Positions 25,735 through 39,707 of a DNA stretch of 64,000 nucleotides are shown here, one piece after another. The stretch is from the NCBI RefSeq assembly GCF_001194135.2, contig NC_068982.1, positions 59,102,789-59,166,788 on the forward strand, in the 5' to 3' direction. The DNA is from Octopus bimaculoides. Lineage: Eukaryota. The translations under genes were made by a program, and so were the position numbers. Under the pieces are notes generated by a model. The model did not search any database, had not been told where the DNA came from, and worked only from the letters and a program-made list of their open reading frames with translations. How positions within the stretch are numbered: position 1 is the first letter of the stretch; every line of letters starts with the position of its first letter.

Positions 25735-26355
25735 GTATTGGGTTCATCCCTTTAAGTTATAGACAAAGAGACAGTCCAGGTAGTGGAAACACCCCTCCTC
25801 ACTTACTCCAAAGGCCAAGGTCGTTGCATCTGCAGGGAAGGTGATGGTCTCAGTTGTTTGGGATGTAAAAAAACATTGTCTTTATTGACTATCTTCAAAA
25901 GGGTCACACCATCACTGGAGAGTACTAAGCCAACTTGCTGAGACAGTTATGAAAAGCCATCAAGGCCAAACGTCCAAGAAAACTAATGAAAGGGGTTTTG
26001 TTTCATTGGGTCAATGCTCCAAGCACATGGCTACTGTGCATGACTGTGGCTTTGGACTGATTGAACACCATTCCTATTTTCCTGATTTGGCCCCATCTGG
26101 CTATCATCTGTTCTCCAACATGAAAAACACTTGGCTTGGAACCAGTATGGCAGTGATGGTAATACTGTATCTGCTGTTGATGACTATTTTTTAGCAGCAG
26201 GATGAAAGCTTCTTTGTTAGTGGGATACAAGCATTGCAACACCAATAGAAGAAGTGCTTGAACCACAAGGGGAGACTATGTTGAAAAATAAATCTCATTT
26301 GGTCACATTCCATGAGAGTATTTTAGTCAGCCTATGAACTTTCTAATTGATGCTT
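25735..26355 (+). pseudogene. Decayed mariner (DD34D) transposase C-terminal half and 3' end
   Basis: DEYWVH..KRQSR*WKHPSS..KAKVVASAGKVMVSV..IDYLQKGHTITGEY*ANLLRQL..HSYFPDLAPSGYHLFSNMK..GDYVEK*. Confidence 0.9.
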
Positions 26356-27439
26356 GTAAGTAAAACAACACTGGTTAGTGAGAAACAAGAGTGTATGCAC
26401 ACAAATATGCATATACAACATGCTTCTGCACTCACCAGGAATAAGTCATCCTGGAGCAACAACAGAAGGCATGCCCAAATTGCCAAATACAGTGGGATTG
26501 GACCCTAAATGACATGGTTGCAAAGCAAACATTCTTACCACAGAGCCATGTGTTCAGCTTAAGCACACATCATTGCCTATATATGTATATTTAGACACAT
26601 ATATTTAAGCATACACACCCACTCACCCACACACATATTTATTTAAAGACACATATACATATTTAAATGCATATATATATATTTAAACACATATGTAAGT
26701 GTATATGTATATTTGTACATATATACTCACGCTAAAATACACATGTGCAAGTATTGTCACATGAGGAAAGAAAGAAATGTATAGTAAAGTAAAAATGGGT
26801 TTTTAATAGTGTATAGACTTTCAGTGAAATGTTAAAAAAAAATGTAAGAATAGTAGCATGTTATTAATCTGTTTGGAAGACGCTTGTAAAATGTACAAGA
26901 TCAATGCTATTGACCGTGAAATGTTGCGGAGGTGCCTCGCTAATAAACAGTATCTATAACTCAGTAATTTAGTGGAGTCTAAGATAATAAAAACAAGATG
27001 AAGTTAGTATTTTCAGTATATGTGTTTCAGTTAAAGTGATAAAAGACATTGATAGCTCGGCGTTTGGAAGCAATAGTTATCAGAGTTATCATAGATTACT
27101 GTAGTTGATGGCAGCCACATGAGTATAATGGATAGTAATGGTAATATGTGCAGAAGGAATATTGGCATGTAAGTTGCTGCACCATGTAATGATATATATG
27201 CATGTCTATGCCATGTATTGCGTATGTATGTATGTATATGTGAAAATGAATATGTGGTGCAGTGTGAGGATTTTTTAAATTTGTATGTGGATATGTTTGT
27301 GTGTGTAAGTAAATGTGGGTGTATGTAAATATTTTGTGTCAAGATATATAATACTAGTGCATTTAAGTGTAGGAATGAATACATACATGTCTGTGTGTGT
27401 TTGTCTGTGTACATATAGATATATGAATATGTAAGTGTA

Positions 27440-27452
27440 CAACCCCCACACT

Positions 27453-27497
<45 letters not shown>

Positions 27498-27536
27498 CAC
27501 ATACATATATAATTACATATATATGTACATATACAG

Positions 27537-27590
<54 letters not shown>

Positions 27591-27676
27591 CATGTATACA
27601 TATATATATAATGATATATATACATATATAGACATATATACAAATGTATGTGTGTATGTATGTATATATATATCAT

Positions 27677-27710
<34 letters not shown>

Positions 27711-27765
27711 AATATAGATATATACTTGTATACAAATATACACACACACATGCATAACACATATG
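27440..27765. repeat. Compound (TA)/(CA) microsatellite
   Basis: Direct reading. Confidence 0.9.
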
Positions 27766-29359
27766 TATTTTATATAAATATACACAGATACACACCAGCA
27801 GAGACACCCAACATTGCTTTGTTGCAGAACATGTAGAAAAATAATGACTTATAAAGAGTTTTTGCATGCCACTTAATATGTAACATTTGCAGGTTTTTTT
27901 ATTCTATTGTAGTTGCATGAAGTTAAATTTTTTCCAGGTTTCTATAATGTGCAAAATATCTGAAACTGTGTTCGTTATCTTTTATTTCTTTCAGTCATTT
28001 AACTGTGGCCAAGCTGGGGCATTGCCTTGCCAGATTTTCAATTGAATGAATCGATCCAGGTCTTATTTTTTAAAATTCTGAGTGTCACTCTCGAGGCTTT
28101 GGTTGGCTCAAGGTTATAGCGGGAGACACTTGCCCAAAGAGCCATGCAGTGGGACTGAACCCAGAACCATGTGGTTAGGAAGCAAACTTCCAATCCTGAA
28201 TATTTATTGGACATTTAAAATTTTTGACATAAAATATGCTATCTTTATTTTTTTACTTTCTTTTATTCTAAATTGAAATGAGACATAGAAACCAAGAAAT
28301 TAGACCAGAAATGAGTTTTGATCTGCAAAAACTCTGGAGATGACATTTCTTGTCTTACAGTTTGGTGCTCTGGAAAAAATATTCACTTGGCTCAATATAA
28401 AACATACAACATAGAATTGCCTATGAAAGAAACATGAAACTGTGTGTTCAACTACAGCAACACTGTGAAACTTCCCCTGAGACTTGTTGATAATCATAGG
28501 AAAAGACACTGGAAACTGAAAGTGCTTAAAACTGAAATAGCATATCTGATGCATTTCAGGAAATGCATAGAATGCAAACATTTCCCATAGAGCAATTAAT
28601 CATAATAATAACATTAAAAATTTGACTGCTAGCCTGATATCAGTCTTGGGCAAACTGTAGCTAGTGAGACATTCTGAATGGTATGTCTAATGAAAAATTA
28701 TCTTGAATTTTTTCTAAGTAGCTCAATCCACCTGATGATGAAATTACGTTTTGTGTGGCATGAGGTTGCTCATGTCTGACTTGTATAGTTACAGTATTTT
28801 AGTGCATCTAAATTTCAAGGCAAAATAATGGATGCTCCAAATTTCAGTAGCAGGTTAAGTGAGGAAGGACACTGATGTGCTGAGAAAAATTGAGAAAACT
28901 GTTATTGGGCAATTCACAACATCGCTAACAATGGCACCCCGCCCCATGATGAACTCATCAGGAAGGAGATAACACTGGATCCTATTAATTTCTAATATGC
29001 TCAAGTTTTATTTCATTTCAATTACAGGTATACCTGAGCAGTTACAAAAGCTCATGTCACAACTATGTGGTTTCTGTTTTTAGCTCACTGTGCAGCACCT
29101 TACTGAAGCCCCTGGTTACCTATGACATGTAAATGAAATACGATAAATGGAAACTACACAGAGGTTAATCATATATTGGTGGTGTGGGGGTGTTAATTAT
29201 ATTGATCCCAGTACTTGATTAGTACTTTATTTTATCAGTACTAGAAATATGAGCTACAAAGATGATCTCAGTGTGATTTTAATAAGCAAGGTATTGAACT
29301 CATTCAAGTATCACAAAGTACTTGTCCAACATCCTAATAATTCTGCTAATCCATAATTA

Positions 29360-30027
29360 TAGTTGTTTCTAACAAAAGCACAAAACCTGAAATATGAGAG
29401 TGGGAAGGAAGAGTTGATTATGTCATGCCAATACTGGACTCATATTTATTTTATCCATCTGGGAAGAACAAAAGGCAAAGTTGACCTAAGCAGAATTTGA
29501 ACATTGAAGATGAATAATTGGTATGAATACCACAGGGCATTTTGTCTAACTCTCTGATGATTTTCTAATCCACAACTCTAATAATAATAATCCTTTCTAC
29601 TATATGCACAAGGCCTGAAATTTTGGGGGAGGAGTTAAGTTGATTACATCAACCTCAGTGCTCAACTGGTACTTAGTTTATTGACTCCCAAAGGATGAAA
29701 GGCAAAGTTGAACTTGGCGAAATTTGAACTCAGAACATAGCAGCAGGTAAAATACCAGTAAGCATTTCAGCCAGCATGCTAACATTTCTGCCAGCTCACC
29801 ACTTTAAATATTATTATCAATAATAATAATAATGATAATGGTTTTGTATTTTGGTTCAAGGCTAGCAATTTTAAAGGGAGGGTATGTTGGTTGCATTGAC
29901 CCAGTGTTCAACTGTTACTTATATTATCAACCCAGAAAGGATTAAAAGCAAAGTCAACCTCAGCAGAATTTGAAATCAGAAAGTAAAGATGGACAATGGA
30001 GTTCTAATGATTTTGCCAGCTCATTGA

Positions 30028-30080
<53 letters not shown>

Positions 30081-31090
30081 TGATGATGATGCCCGGATGC
30101 AGTACCAGGCAGTGGCTCTCATGGCTTCTTATCTTAACTGATTGCAAGTGTTATCATGTACATTGTTTTGTCTTGGTATAAAAGATGGGCTACAGCAAAT
30201 ATTCTGCTCAATACCACAGATTTGCTTGTCAGTTGTTTGACCTTAACCAGTTGAAAATGTCCCTTGGTGACTGACAATGTATGCATCTCTAATCACGAGC
30301 AGAAGTAGTGGGGTAGCATCATAGCCATGTGTTGAGAGGAATTCTTTAGGATTTGGATAATTCACCTTTGGAAACATGGGCGTTTTGTTCTTCATCCTTA
30401 AACAACCCTTATTCAGGGACCTTTTGAGCAGGATGGGCTACTCACCCGGAAGAAAATCCTAACTGGGCCCCACCTACAAGACCATGAGCTGTTTATCATG
30501 ATAGGAGATCACTATGTCATGCACATATGGTTGTGATGCATGTGTCTGGTGTACCCTTATCAGATGGGTAGTCATGATGGGTCTACTGGGCTTCGTATAT
30601 TTTACCCCAGTGTCACTTTGATAGCATGCACAGCTCTCTCACTCAATAATAATAATAATAATAATCCTTTCTACTATAGGCACAGGGATTGAAATTGTGA
30701 GAAGGGGATAGTCAATTACATTGACCCTAGTACTTGACTGGTACTTTTTTCATTGACCCTGAAAGGACAAAAAGCAAAGTCAACCTTGGTGGAATGTGAA
30801 CTCAGAATGTAAGGAAGGATGAAATGCTGCTCAGCATTTGGCCTGGCATGCTAACAGTTTTGCCAGCTCTAATTTTGATGCATGCTAATTTTGGTACAAT
30901 GGCACCATACTCAAAGGGAGGTCCAAGTTGTTTACACTGACCTCACCACTTTACTGGTACTTAATTTTATCATCTCAAAAGAATGAAAGGTAAAGTTGAT
31001 CATGGTGGGATTTGAACTCAAAACACTAGAGTCAGATGAAATGCTAAGTGTGTTATCTAACTCACTAACAATTCTACCAGCTCACTGACT
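29360..31090 (-). mobile_element. Chain of five family-B SINEs (about 29360, 29590, 29838, 30665, 30885) with (AAT)n spacers
   Basis: Homology to 8291-8509; same orientation. Confidence 0.8.
30088..30645 (+). mobile_element. About 560-bp non-coding element inserted in a (TAA)n tract; possible non-autonomous Dong/R4 derivative
   Basis: Non-simple sequence bounded by (AAT)n/(GAT)n and ending ctctctcactcaataataataat; no ORF. Confidence 0.5.
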
Positions 31091-31120
31091 TCTTTGAGAA
31101 AATCATTTATTCTAAGATAA

Positions 31121-31614
31121 CTCTCTTTTACTCTCTTTACTTGTTTCAGTCATTTGACTGCGGCCATGCTGGAGCACTGCCTTTAGTCGAGCAGATCGAC
31201 CCCAGGATGTATTTTTTGTAAGCCTAGTACTTATTCTATCGGTCTCTTTTTGCCAAACCGTTAAGTTACGGGGACGTAAACACACCAGCAGCGGTTGTCA
31301 AGCGAAGTTGGGGGGACAAATACAGACACACAAACATATATACATATATACGACGGGCTTCTTTCAGTTTCCGTCTACCAAATCCACTCACAAGGCTTTG
31401 GTCGGCCNNNNNNNNNNAAATACAGACACACAAACATATATACATATATACGACGGGCTTCTTTCAGTTTCCGTCTACCAAATCCACTCACAAGGCTTTG
31501 GTCGGCCCGAGGCTATAGTAGAAGTTACTTGCCCAAGGTGCCACGCAGTCGGACTGAACCCGGAACCATGTGGTTAGTAAGCAAGCTACTTACCACACAG
31601 CCACTCCTGCGCCT
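31121..31614 (-). mobile_element. SINE family A, young copy (internal duplication around a 10-N gap)
   Basis: Near identity to 42661, 51099 and 52599. Confidence 0.9.
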
Positions 31615-32072
31615 ACTGTTTATAAATTAGATAGATGATTGAAAGTTTGAGAGCGGGGAATAATCAAAGCCATTGACTCCAATACTGCTGCATTCTTTTA
31701 TCATCCCTGAAAAGACGAAAGGCAAAGCTGATCCTGAAGAGATTTGAACACAGAGTCTAAAATCTAGAAAAAATACTGCCAGGCGTTTTGTTCCTTGGCT
31801 CTAAAAATTCTTGCCAAACAAACAAACAAAATTAAAAAATAAAATCAAAGGAAGTTTTTACATTCCGAGATTGATGGACGCTTATAGATGTTCATTAATA
31901 TAACATTAAGTAACTAAATGTTTAAAAATAGTTCCAGTATTTTGCAGAAATATGAATGGCATACTTAAGACTACCATGGAAGTTAATCCTGCAAACCATT
32001 GCACAGAAAAACTTATTGTGAACCCTACAAAGAGAGATTAAAGAAGTGAAATATTCAACATTCAATACTTAC

Positions 32073-32126
32073 CTCTGTCTTCTGTTTCAGACTCAGAATG
32101 AATTTGTTGTATTTTGGTACTCAGTT
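32073..32126 (-). CDS. Probable 54-nt internal coding exon (phase 1-1) of an unidentified gene: (E)LSTKIQQIHSESETEDR
   Basis: Minus strand: ttctattcttttatag|AACTGAGTACC...GAAGACAGAG|gtaagtattg. Consensus acceptor and donor, length divisible by 3, only one of three frames open, non-repetitive context. Confidence 0.6.
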
Positions 32127-33888
32127 CTATAAAAGAATAGAAGTTCTCTTAGTAGAAAGGCTAGACTGACATCTGATGGATTTTTACAAAGAATATAGAC
32201 ATTAATGTATTGCAATTATTCTTGTATAATCTTTGTTCTCATATTTTGTGCATGTGTGTGCAATTGTGTATATCTGTTTATATATGTATATAAGCATATA
32301 TGTGTGTATGTGTGTGTGTATATATATATATATATATACTTATATATGTATGTGTGTATATATATATATATATGTGTGTGTATTATATATATGTATGCCA
32401 AAAATTTTTCCCAAATTATAAGACCTCTCAAAGCTAGACCAAACATTTCAAGAAGATTCTTATTTTGGCCTTCCCACTCCATCTACGATCTCATCTGGAT
32501 TTTTCTCAAAAGGAAAGGTTAAATACATTCTTAAATGAACATACATTCATGATGAACATTTACATCTACACGTAAATACAAACACATATATATCTTAACT
32601 TATATATGCACACACTCACAAATATTCCTTCATACATACGTGTAGATGGACATAGACAAATAGATAGATAGATAGGTAGAAAGAGAGACAAAATATATAG
32701 CAAACTGCATCAAAATTGCAGATGCTTGGTAAAGGGTGTACGTATATGTACATATATGTGTGTGTATAAATATATGTATATATATGGGTGTGTGTGTGTG
32801 TATGTGTATTACCATTCATTCTTTTCTGATATCATGGTATCTGTGCATTCCCCCCCCCCCCGCTCTCTTTCTCTTTCACTCTTTTTTTTAAGCCTGAACT
32901 TCACTGAGATATGCTATCAGGAGGGTCTGAACACTAAAATACAATAAATTAAGCAGAGAATTTGAAGACTATGTTCTTTGTTCTATTCTTCAACCATCTC
33001 AGTACATTACTGCTCCAGATATACTCATTTGATGTAGCATTGACACACACACATCAAACACTCTCATAAACAGGCAGTATGAAACGATACTTCATATATA
33101 TATATATANNNNNNNNNNNNNNNNNNNNNNNNNNNNNNNNNNNNNNNNNNNNNNNNNNNNNNNNNNNNNNNNNNNNNNNNNNNNNNNNNNNNNNNNNNNN
33201 NNNNNNNNNNNNNNNNNNNNNNNNNNNNNNNNNNNNNNNNNNNNNNNNNNNNNNNNNNNNNNNNNNNNNNNNNNNNNNNNNNNNNNNNNNNNNNNNNNNN
33301 NNNNNNNNNNNNNNNNNNNNNNNNNNNNNNNNNNNNNNNNNNNNNNNNNNNNNNNNNNNNNNNNNNNNNNNNNNNNNNNNNNNNNNNNNNNNNNNNNNNN
33401 NNNNNNNNNNNNNNNNNNNNNNNNNNNNNNNNNNNNNNNNNNNNNNNNNNNNNNNNNNNNNNNNNNNNNNNNNNNNNNNNNNNNNNNNNNNNNNNNNNNN
33501 NNNNNNNNNNNNNNNNNNNNNNNNNNNNNNNNNNNNNNNNNNNNNNNNNNNNNNNNNNNNNNNNNNNNNNNNNNNNNNNNNNNNNNNNNNNNNNNNNNNN
33601 NNNNNNNNNNNNNNNNNNNNNNNNNNNNNNNNNNNNNNNNNNNNNNNNNNNNNNNNNNNNNNNNNNNNNNNNNNNNNNNNNNNNNNNNNNNNNNNNNNNN
33701 NNNNNNNNNNNNNNNNNNNNNNNNNNNNNNNNNNNNNNNNNNNNNNNNNNNNNNNNNNNNNNNNNNNNNNNNNNNNNNNNNNNNNNNNNNNNNNNNNNNN
33801 NNNNNNNNNNNNNNNNNNNNNNNNNNNNNNNNNNNNNNNNNNNNNNNNNNNNNNNNNNNNNNNNNNNNNNNNNNNNNNNNNNNNNNNN

Positions 33889-34200
33889 GAAGAGCCTAGG
33901 CTCAAAATATCAAAAACTTTTCCATTCTTCCTGAGTGTTAAACTAATACGCCTGCTTACTGTTCCTTCACCTGTCTTCGTCTTTTGTTTTCTGTAAATTT
34001 GAACAATATATATATATATATATATATATGGTAGAAAAACAGAAAAACAAAATACGAAGGCAGGTGTATAAACAACAAGCAGGTGTATTAGTTTGACGCT
34101 CGGGAAAGTGAGAAAGTCTTTTATGTTTCGAGCCTACACTCTTCAACAGAAACGAATAAGAGAAAATGAACAGAAGCAGAATTAAAAACTTGTGGATTTA
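33889..34200. mobile_element. Tail-to-tail pair of PLE pLTR-like repeats separated by (TA)n; hammerhead-like core in the minus copy
   Basis: 33889-34005 (+) gaagagcctaggctcaaaatatcaaaaactttcc...aaactaatacgcctgctt is the reverse complement of 34040-34145. Confidence 0.65.
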
Positions 34201-35194
34201 GCGATCAAGCATGGCAACTGGTTGGGATATATATACATATGTATATTATAGAAAAAATAGTCAAGTAAATGAATGGAAACTTTAATAGTGAGCGTGTTAA
34301 ATAATAAGGCACTAAAAGAGCATGACTCATCCCAGACACAACAAAATATGCTTCAACTCACGAAGTCACATAAAGAATTTTGCAAACGAAATCCCAAAAC
34401 GAAATATTTATATTTCAAACACACCAGAAAAACACAGCAAATAGGAAATTTATCAAAAACGCAATAAACAGAAAATTCGTAGCTAATTCCTCATCAGTCA
34501 ACGTCCGAAAGATCCTTATAATATCATGCCCTTTATCGTTGATATGGTTCACTTTTGTTGGCACCAGTATTAAAAAACCCACTGGAAATAGCTAACGAAT
34601 GTACAGAACAATGACGAAAACGAACAGGACAAAATAAAATAGTTATAATAATTATACATATATAACAAAAAGAGCCATGTGGCTATCAGATAGGGGAATA
34701 TGGGTAATGCAAAGAGAAAATGAAAATGTCCTGTGGGACGAGAAAGGAGTAGATAGTCAGAATGAAAGAAGAATTAATCAAACCGTGTAAGAAAAGGATG
34801 TAGGAATGCAAAGAAGCGTGACTGTACCTGTCAATGGGAAAATGAAAAAAAAAATAGAGAGAGGATTAAATGGTGACATGGGAGGAGGGGGAAAAAGTCG
34901 TTAAGGGCAGAGGGATAGAAGCAACAGAGAAGAGTATTAGGGAGGGGAAGAGAAAGAAGAGGAGGTAAACGAGGGGAAAAGAAAGAGACAGAAATCGATG
35001 TAGCATAAAAATATTCCAAGAATATTCTACAAATGAGTAAAAAAAAAAAAAAATGAGTGCATAGCATTACATAAATAATACTTCTAAGATTTAGCAAAAT
35101 CACAACAAATGGAAAATTTAACAAAAACATAACAAACAGAGAATTTAACAAAAACGTAACAAACAGAAAATTCGTAGCTACAAATTTGTGGTTG

Positions 35195-35672
35195 GAGCAA
35201 ATTCCCTGCCAGACCAAGGGTGACATAGTGGTAGAACAATGACTTTGACAGGGCCATAAAAGAGAAAAGCTGGGCCTGGAAAGAGTGGTAAAGAATCTTA
35301 TCAAGTCTATCTAGCTAGGATAGAAGCAGAACAGAAGGGGCTTGCCAACGTCCTACAGCATGAAGATCAGAGACTTGAAGTGTTCCTCATTGCCAGATAG
35401 TGTGTCAGTGAGAATCAGGATATTGTAGGAGAGAAGTGTATGCGGATAGATAATGGTATGCTAGCACTCAATGGTGTGGACAAGAAAGAAGTGTAGAAAA
35501 GTTACTATGTGAGACTGTTGAATGTAGGGAGTGTAGGGATAAAGAGATTCATGTGAGCCCAACAGAGGGACCAGCTATTTTAGTGGACAGCAGTGTGGTA
35601 GATAAGGCAACTAAAAACACGTAAACTGGGAAAGCCCCCGGTCTATCCAAAATCACAGCTGGGATGCAACAG
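35195..35672 (+). mobile_element. RTE-clade LINE ORF2 internal fragment (endonuclease-RT linker)
   Basis: AIKEK..QRLEVFLIAR*CVSENQDIVGEKCMRIDNGMLAL..KKEV*KSYYVRLLNV..TEGPAI..GKAPGLSKITAGM. Confidence 0.8.
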
Positions 35673-35751
35673 CCACGCTCGAAATGGTGTATTTTACGTG
35701 TCACCTGCACAGGAGCCAGTTCTGGCAACGATATATATATATATATGCTGA

Positions 35752-36080
35752 GACCCCCTTTGGTCATGACTGACCATGGGATTACACCTAGAAAGTTACC
35801 CTCTGAGGCACAAGTCCAGGCAAGATTGTTTATGGAAGACCAGCAGTCGCCCATGCATACCGGCCTCCCCTCTCCAGGCCACCTGTGTTATCCAAAGGAA
35901 AGGCAAAGGCCGATACAGCTTGGCACCTGTGTCATCGCAAGGCATTTCTACAGCTGAGTGAACTGGAGCAACGTGAAATAAAGTGTCTTGCTCAAGAACA
36001 CAACACGCAGCCCGGTCCAGAATTTGAACTCATAACCTCGCGATCGTAAGCTTGATGCTCTAACCACTGAGCCATGCACC

Positions 36081-36085
<5 letters not shown>
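35752..36085 (-). mobile_element. tRNA-derived SINE family E
   Basis: Head GGTGCATGGCTCAGTGGTTAGAG...GAGTTCAAATT..TTGAGCAAGACACTTTATTTCAC; homologues at 12318, 43993 and 45575. Confidence 0.85.
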
Positions 36086-36133
<48 letters not shown>

Positions 36134-36151
36134 GTCTGTCTGTCTGTATTG

Positions 36152-36183
<32 letters not shown>

Positions 36184-36438
36184 CACACACTCAAAGATAA
36201 GCACACACATATACAAGCACATGTATGTTTTTTTGTTTTGGTTTCCAAATTCCCCTAATATGCAGTCTTTAAGATACAAGACATGAAATTAATCTGAAAG
36301 AAATTGAATCTTGCATTCTTCTGTAGCATTATCATTATACAATAGAGGTTTCACTATTTTTATAGTGATTTGTAATGTTTACATGTTTATGACTAATTTT
36401 CATTTCCATAGAAATTTTAATGATTGATATGCAACAAA

Positions 36439-36491
<53 letters not shown>

Positions 36492-36900
36492 ATATACACA
36501 CACATACATGCACACATGCATACATACATGTTTGTGTGCATGAGTATATGTATGAATGTATATTATGTATATGTACACACACTCATAAATACATATACTT
36601 TTTATATGCAGATGTCTCTTTATGTGTGTGTGTGTGTGTATATATACATATATATATATACATTTATGTATGTATGTATATATATATAAATAAGTGTGTG
36701 AGTGCATGAGTGTGCATGTATGTGTGTGTGTGTGTATCTATACATGTACATGTACACATAAATATATATATATATATTTAAATGTGCATACACAGGCAAA
36801 TACATATACACTTAAATATTTACTAATACAGCTACCCATATACATAAATATACTACACACATACGCATACAGGCAGACACATCAATGTGCATGCATATCT
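36085..36900. repeat. Compound CA/TA/TG microsatellite field
   Basis: Direct reading. Confidence 0.85.
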
Positions 36901-38040
36901 TTATCGTCTTAGCTGCTCTTCTGAATGTCATTAGAATATCTTTATAGTTTTTAGAATACAATTATTTGAGCATGTGATATCTTCATGTGATCTTTATAAT
37001 GGTAGTGTGCTTACTAAGTACCGTAAACAATATCTTTATGATACAAACATACATAGTAAATTGCAATAAATGCAATATTTTCACAGCACAATAAAAATTT
37101 CATTGTAGTTGAGGGGGTGAGTTTGGAAGCAGTGTGCTCATTTGCAGCCTTCTGCTGTGTGTTTGAAATAACTAATAGGTCACCTCAGCTTTTGCAAATA
37201 TTTATCTTTAAATTGTTAAAGTAAATNNNNNNNNNNNNNNNNNNNNNNNNNNNNNNNNNNNNNNNNNNNNNNNNNNNNNNNNNNNNNNNNNNNNNNNNNN
37301 NNNNNNNNNNNNNNNNNNNNNNNNNNNNNNNNNNNNNNNNNNNNNNNNNNNNNNNNNNNNNNNNNNNNNNNNNNNNNNNNNNNNNNNNNNNNNNNNNNNN
37401 NNNNNNNNNNNNNNNNNNNNNNNNNNNNNNNNNNNNNNNNNNNNNNNNNNNNNNNNNNNNNNNNNNNNNNNNNNNNNNNNNNNNNNNNNNNNNNNNNNNN
37501 NNNNNNNNNNNNNNNNNNNNNNNNNNNNNNNNNNNNNNNNNNNNNNNNNNNNNNNNNNNNNNNNNNNNNNNNNNNNNNNNNNNNNNNNNNNNNNNNNNNN
37601 NNNNNNNNNNNNNNNNNNNNNNNNNNNNNNNNNNNNNNNNNNNNNNNNNNNNNNNNNNNNNNNNNNNNNNNNNNNNNNNNNNNNNNNNNNNNNNNNNNNN
37701 NNNNNNNNNNNNNNNNNNNNNNNNNNNNNNNNNNNNNNNNNNNNNNNNNNNNNNNNNNNNNNNNNNNNNNNNNNNTTTTTCATCCAAAAAGTTATTTCAA
37801 AGCATTTCATTTAGTAATTACCACAAATCACAAAATTAAAGTGTTTATAGTTCTTATTTTTCATGTTGCTATACAATTTGTTTCATACAAAAAGACTCAG
37901 GTATTCATAAATAGAAAATTGTAATAATCATATTTGTACTCGTCAGTAGCTGGTATAAAAACTAAAAAAGATGTTAGAAGTACATAGATTTTCTCTTAGT
38001 TATCATTTTAGGATTAATGTATTCATTCTTAAAGTCAAGC

Positions 38041-38096
<56 letters not shown>

Positions 38097-38344
38097 GGCT
38101 GTATGGGTATGTATACACATAAGTGTATGTGTATATGTGTATTGCTATGTAGTTACAAAAGAATTTGAGTGTACATATTTTTATATCTGTGTTGTTAGTC
38201 TATCTACGTTTGTATAGGCAAATTTATGCATGCCTGCATTATTTCCATAAAATATCCTTGTATATTAATTATTGTCTCCCCTACAGTACAACAAACTGCT
38301 ACAGCCCTCTTTTTTTAGTTCACTTTTTCCTTTCTGACGAAGGC

Positions 38345-38515
38345 CAGTCAGGTGGTACTGGCAACAGCCACACTCAAAATGGTGTATTTTACGTTCCACA
38401 TGCACAGGAACCAGTCCAGGGGCACTGGCAGCAAGCTCGCTTGAATGTCTTTACACGTGCCACCGGCACAAGTGCCAGGAAGGCGACGCTGGGCACAGGT
38501 GCCATCACGATTTTG
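38345..38515 (-). mobile_element. Family C tandem-unit fragment
   Basis: ccagtcaggtggtactggcaac...ccagtccaggggcactggcagc, the reverse of the unit amplified at 60581. Confidence 0.7.
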
Positions 38516-39585
38516 CTTTTGCTTGCCCCAACAGGTCTTCATTATAAGGAATTCATTATAACAGGTGTTCATATTATAAGGAATTGTGTAAAAATAATCA
38601 TTAGAATAGTTTGTGAATAACCAATTGTGTGTATAACAAAATTAATTGATGACAAACTTTAACAACAAAATCTTATATGGACTCTCAAGAGTCAGTTGAG
38701 AACTACTGCTTTGAAATTTGCTAGGACTTGTATCCACACCATACTCAGTTTGAAAAGAACACCAGCAACAACTACACCAATAACAATAATAACAACCACA
38801 ACAAAATGAAAGATATGAGGTAAAAAGAGATATCTCTACTTCTTTCTTAGCATCTCTCTTCTTCATCTTGTGCCATTATGAGAAAGCCTAAAATCCCAAA
38901 CTCTGTCTTGTTTCTTATATATTGCTACTTAGTATGGCAGGACATTTGAAAAGCAACAAATTTTGTTACATAAACAACAAATGGCTTGTTGTGAATAATG
39001 TTACAACTCGATGTCATCACCATAGCAACAAGTGATGTTGCAAAATAACCTCCATCACACAGTATTGCTTAACAACAAGAACATCAACAACAACAACAAC
39101 AATGATAACAACCACAACAACAGCAACAACAATTATAAAACAGCTCAGTTCTTGCACATTTTAGGACAACAGATTATGACAATAACGATACTAAGAATAG
39201 CAAGTGTAGAAAGAATGGTGCTTTATTTATTTATAATGTGGCGGCAGCCGTGGTGGTGGTGGTGGTGGTGTTGGTGGGAGTGGCGGTGGTGGTGGTGGTG
39301 GCGATGGTGGGTTGTGGTGACCATAAAAATAAGGAAGAGATAAATTAAGAATGAATGAATTAGCGACAGAAAAACTGTAGAAGAATTGGAAGTAGACAAA
39401 AAGGAAGCAGGTAGAAGACAAGAAAGTTATATNNNNNNNNNNNNNNNNNNNNNNNNNNNNNNNNNNNNNNNNNNNNNNNNNNNNNNNNNNNNNNNNNNNN
39501 NNNNNNNNNNNNNNNNNNNNNNNNNNNNNNNNNNNNNNNNNNNNNNNNNNNNNNNNNNNNNNNNNNNNNNNNNNNNNNNNNNNNN

Positions 39586-39631
<46 letters not shown>

Positions 39632-39672
39632 GCATATATACATACATATACATACATATATACATATACTTA

Positions 39673-39707
<35 letters not shown>

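Noticed and set aside
26420-26460. 15-nt minus-strand microexon (DDLFL) with a gtgagt donor
   Set aside because: Lies within a degenerate family A SINE.
27031-27168. Plus-strand exon-like segment (tttcag| ... |gtaagt)
   Set aside because: Stops in all three frames, no recognisable product, flanked by microsatellite; could only be UTR or non-coding and is unsupported.
28270-28600. Possible very old RTE ORF2 fragment (KLKVLKTEIAYL)
   Set aside because: Similarity too weak to call by eye.
31319-31507. Exact duplication inside a SINE
   Set aside because: Identical copies flank a 10-N gap; typical contig-overlap artefact.
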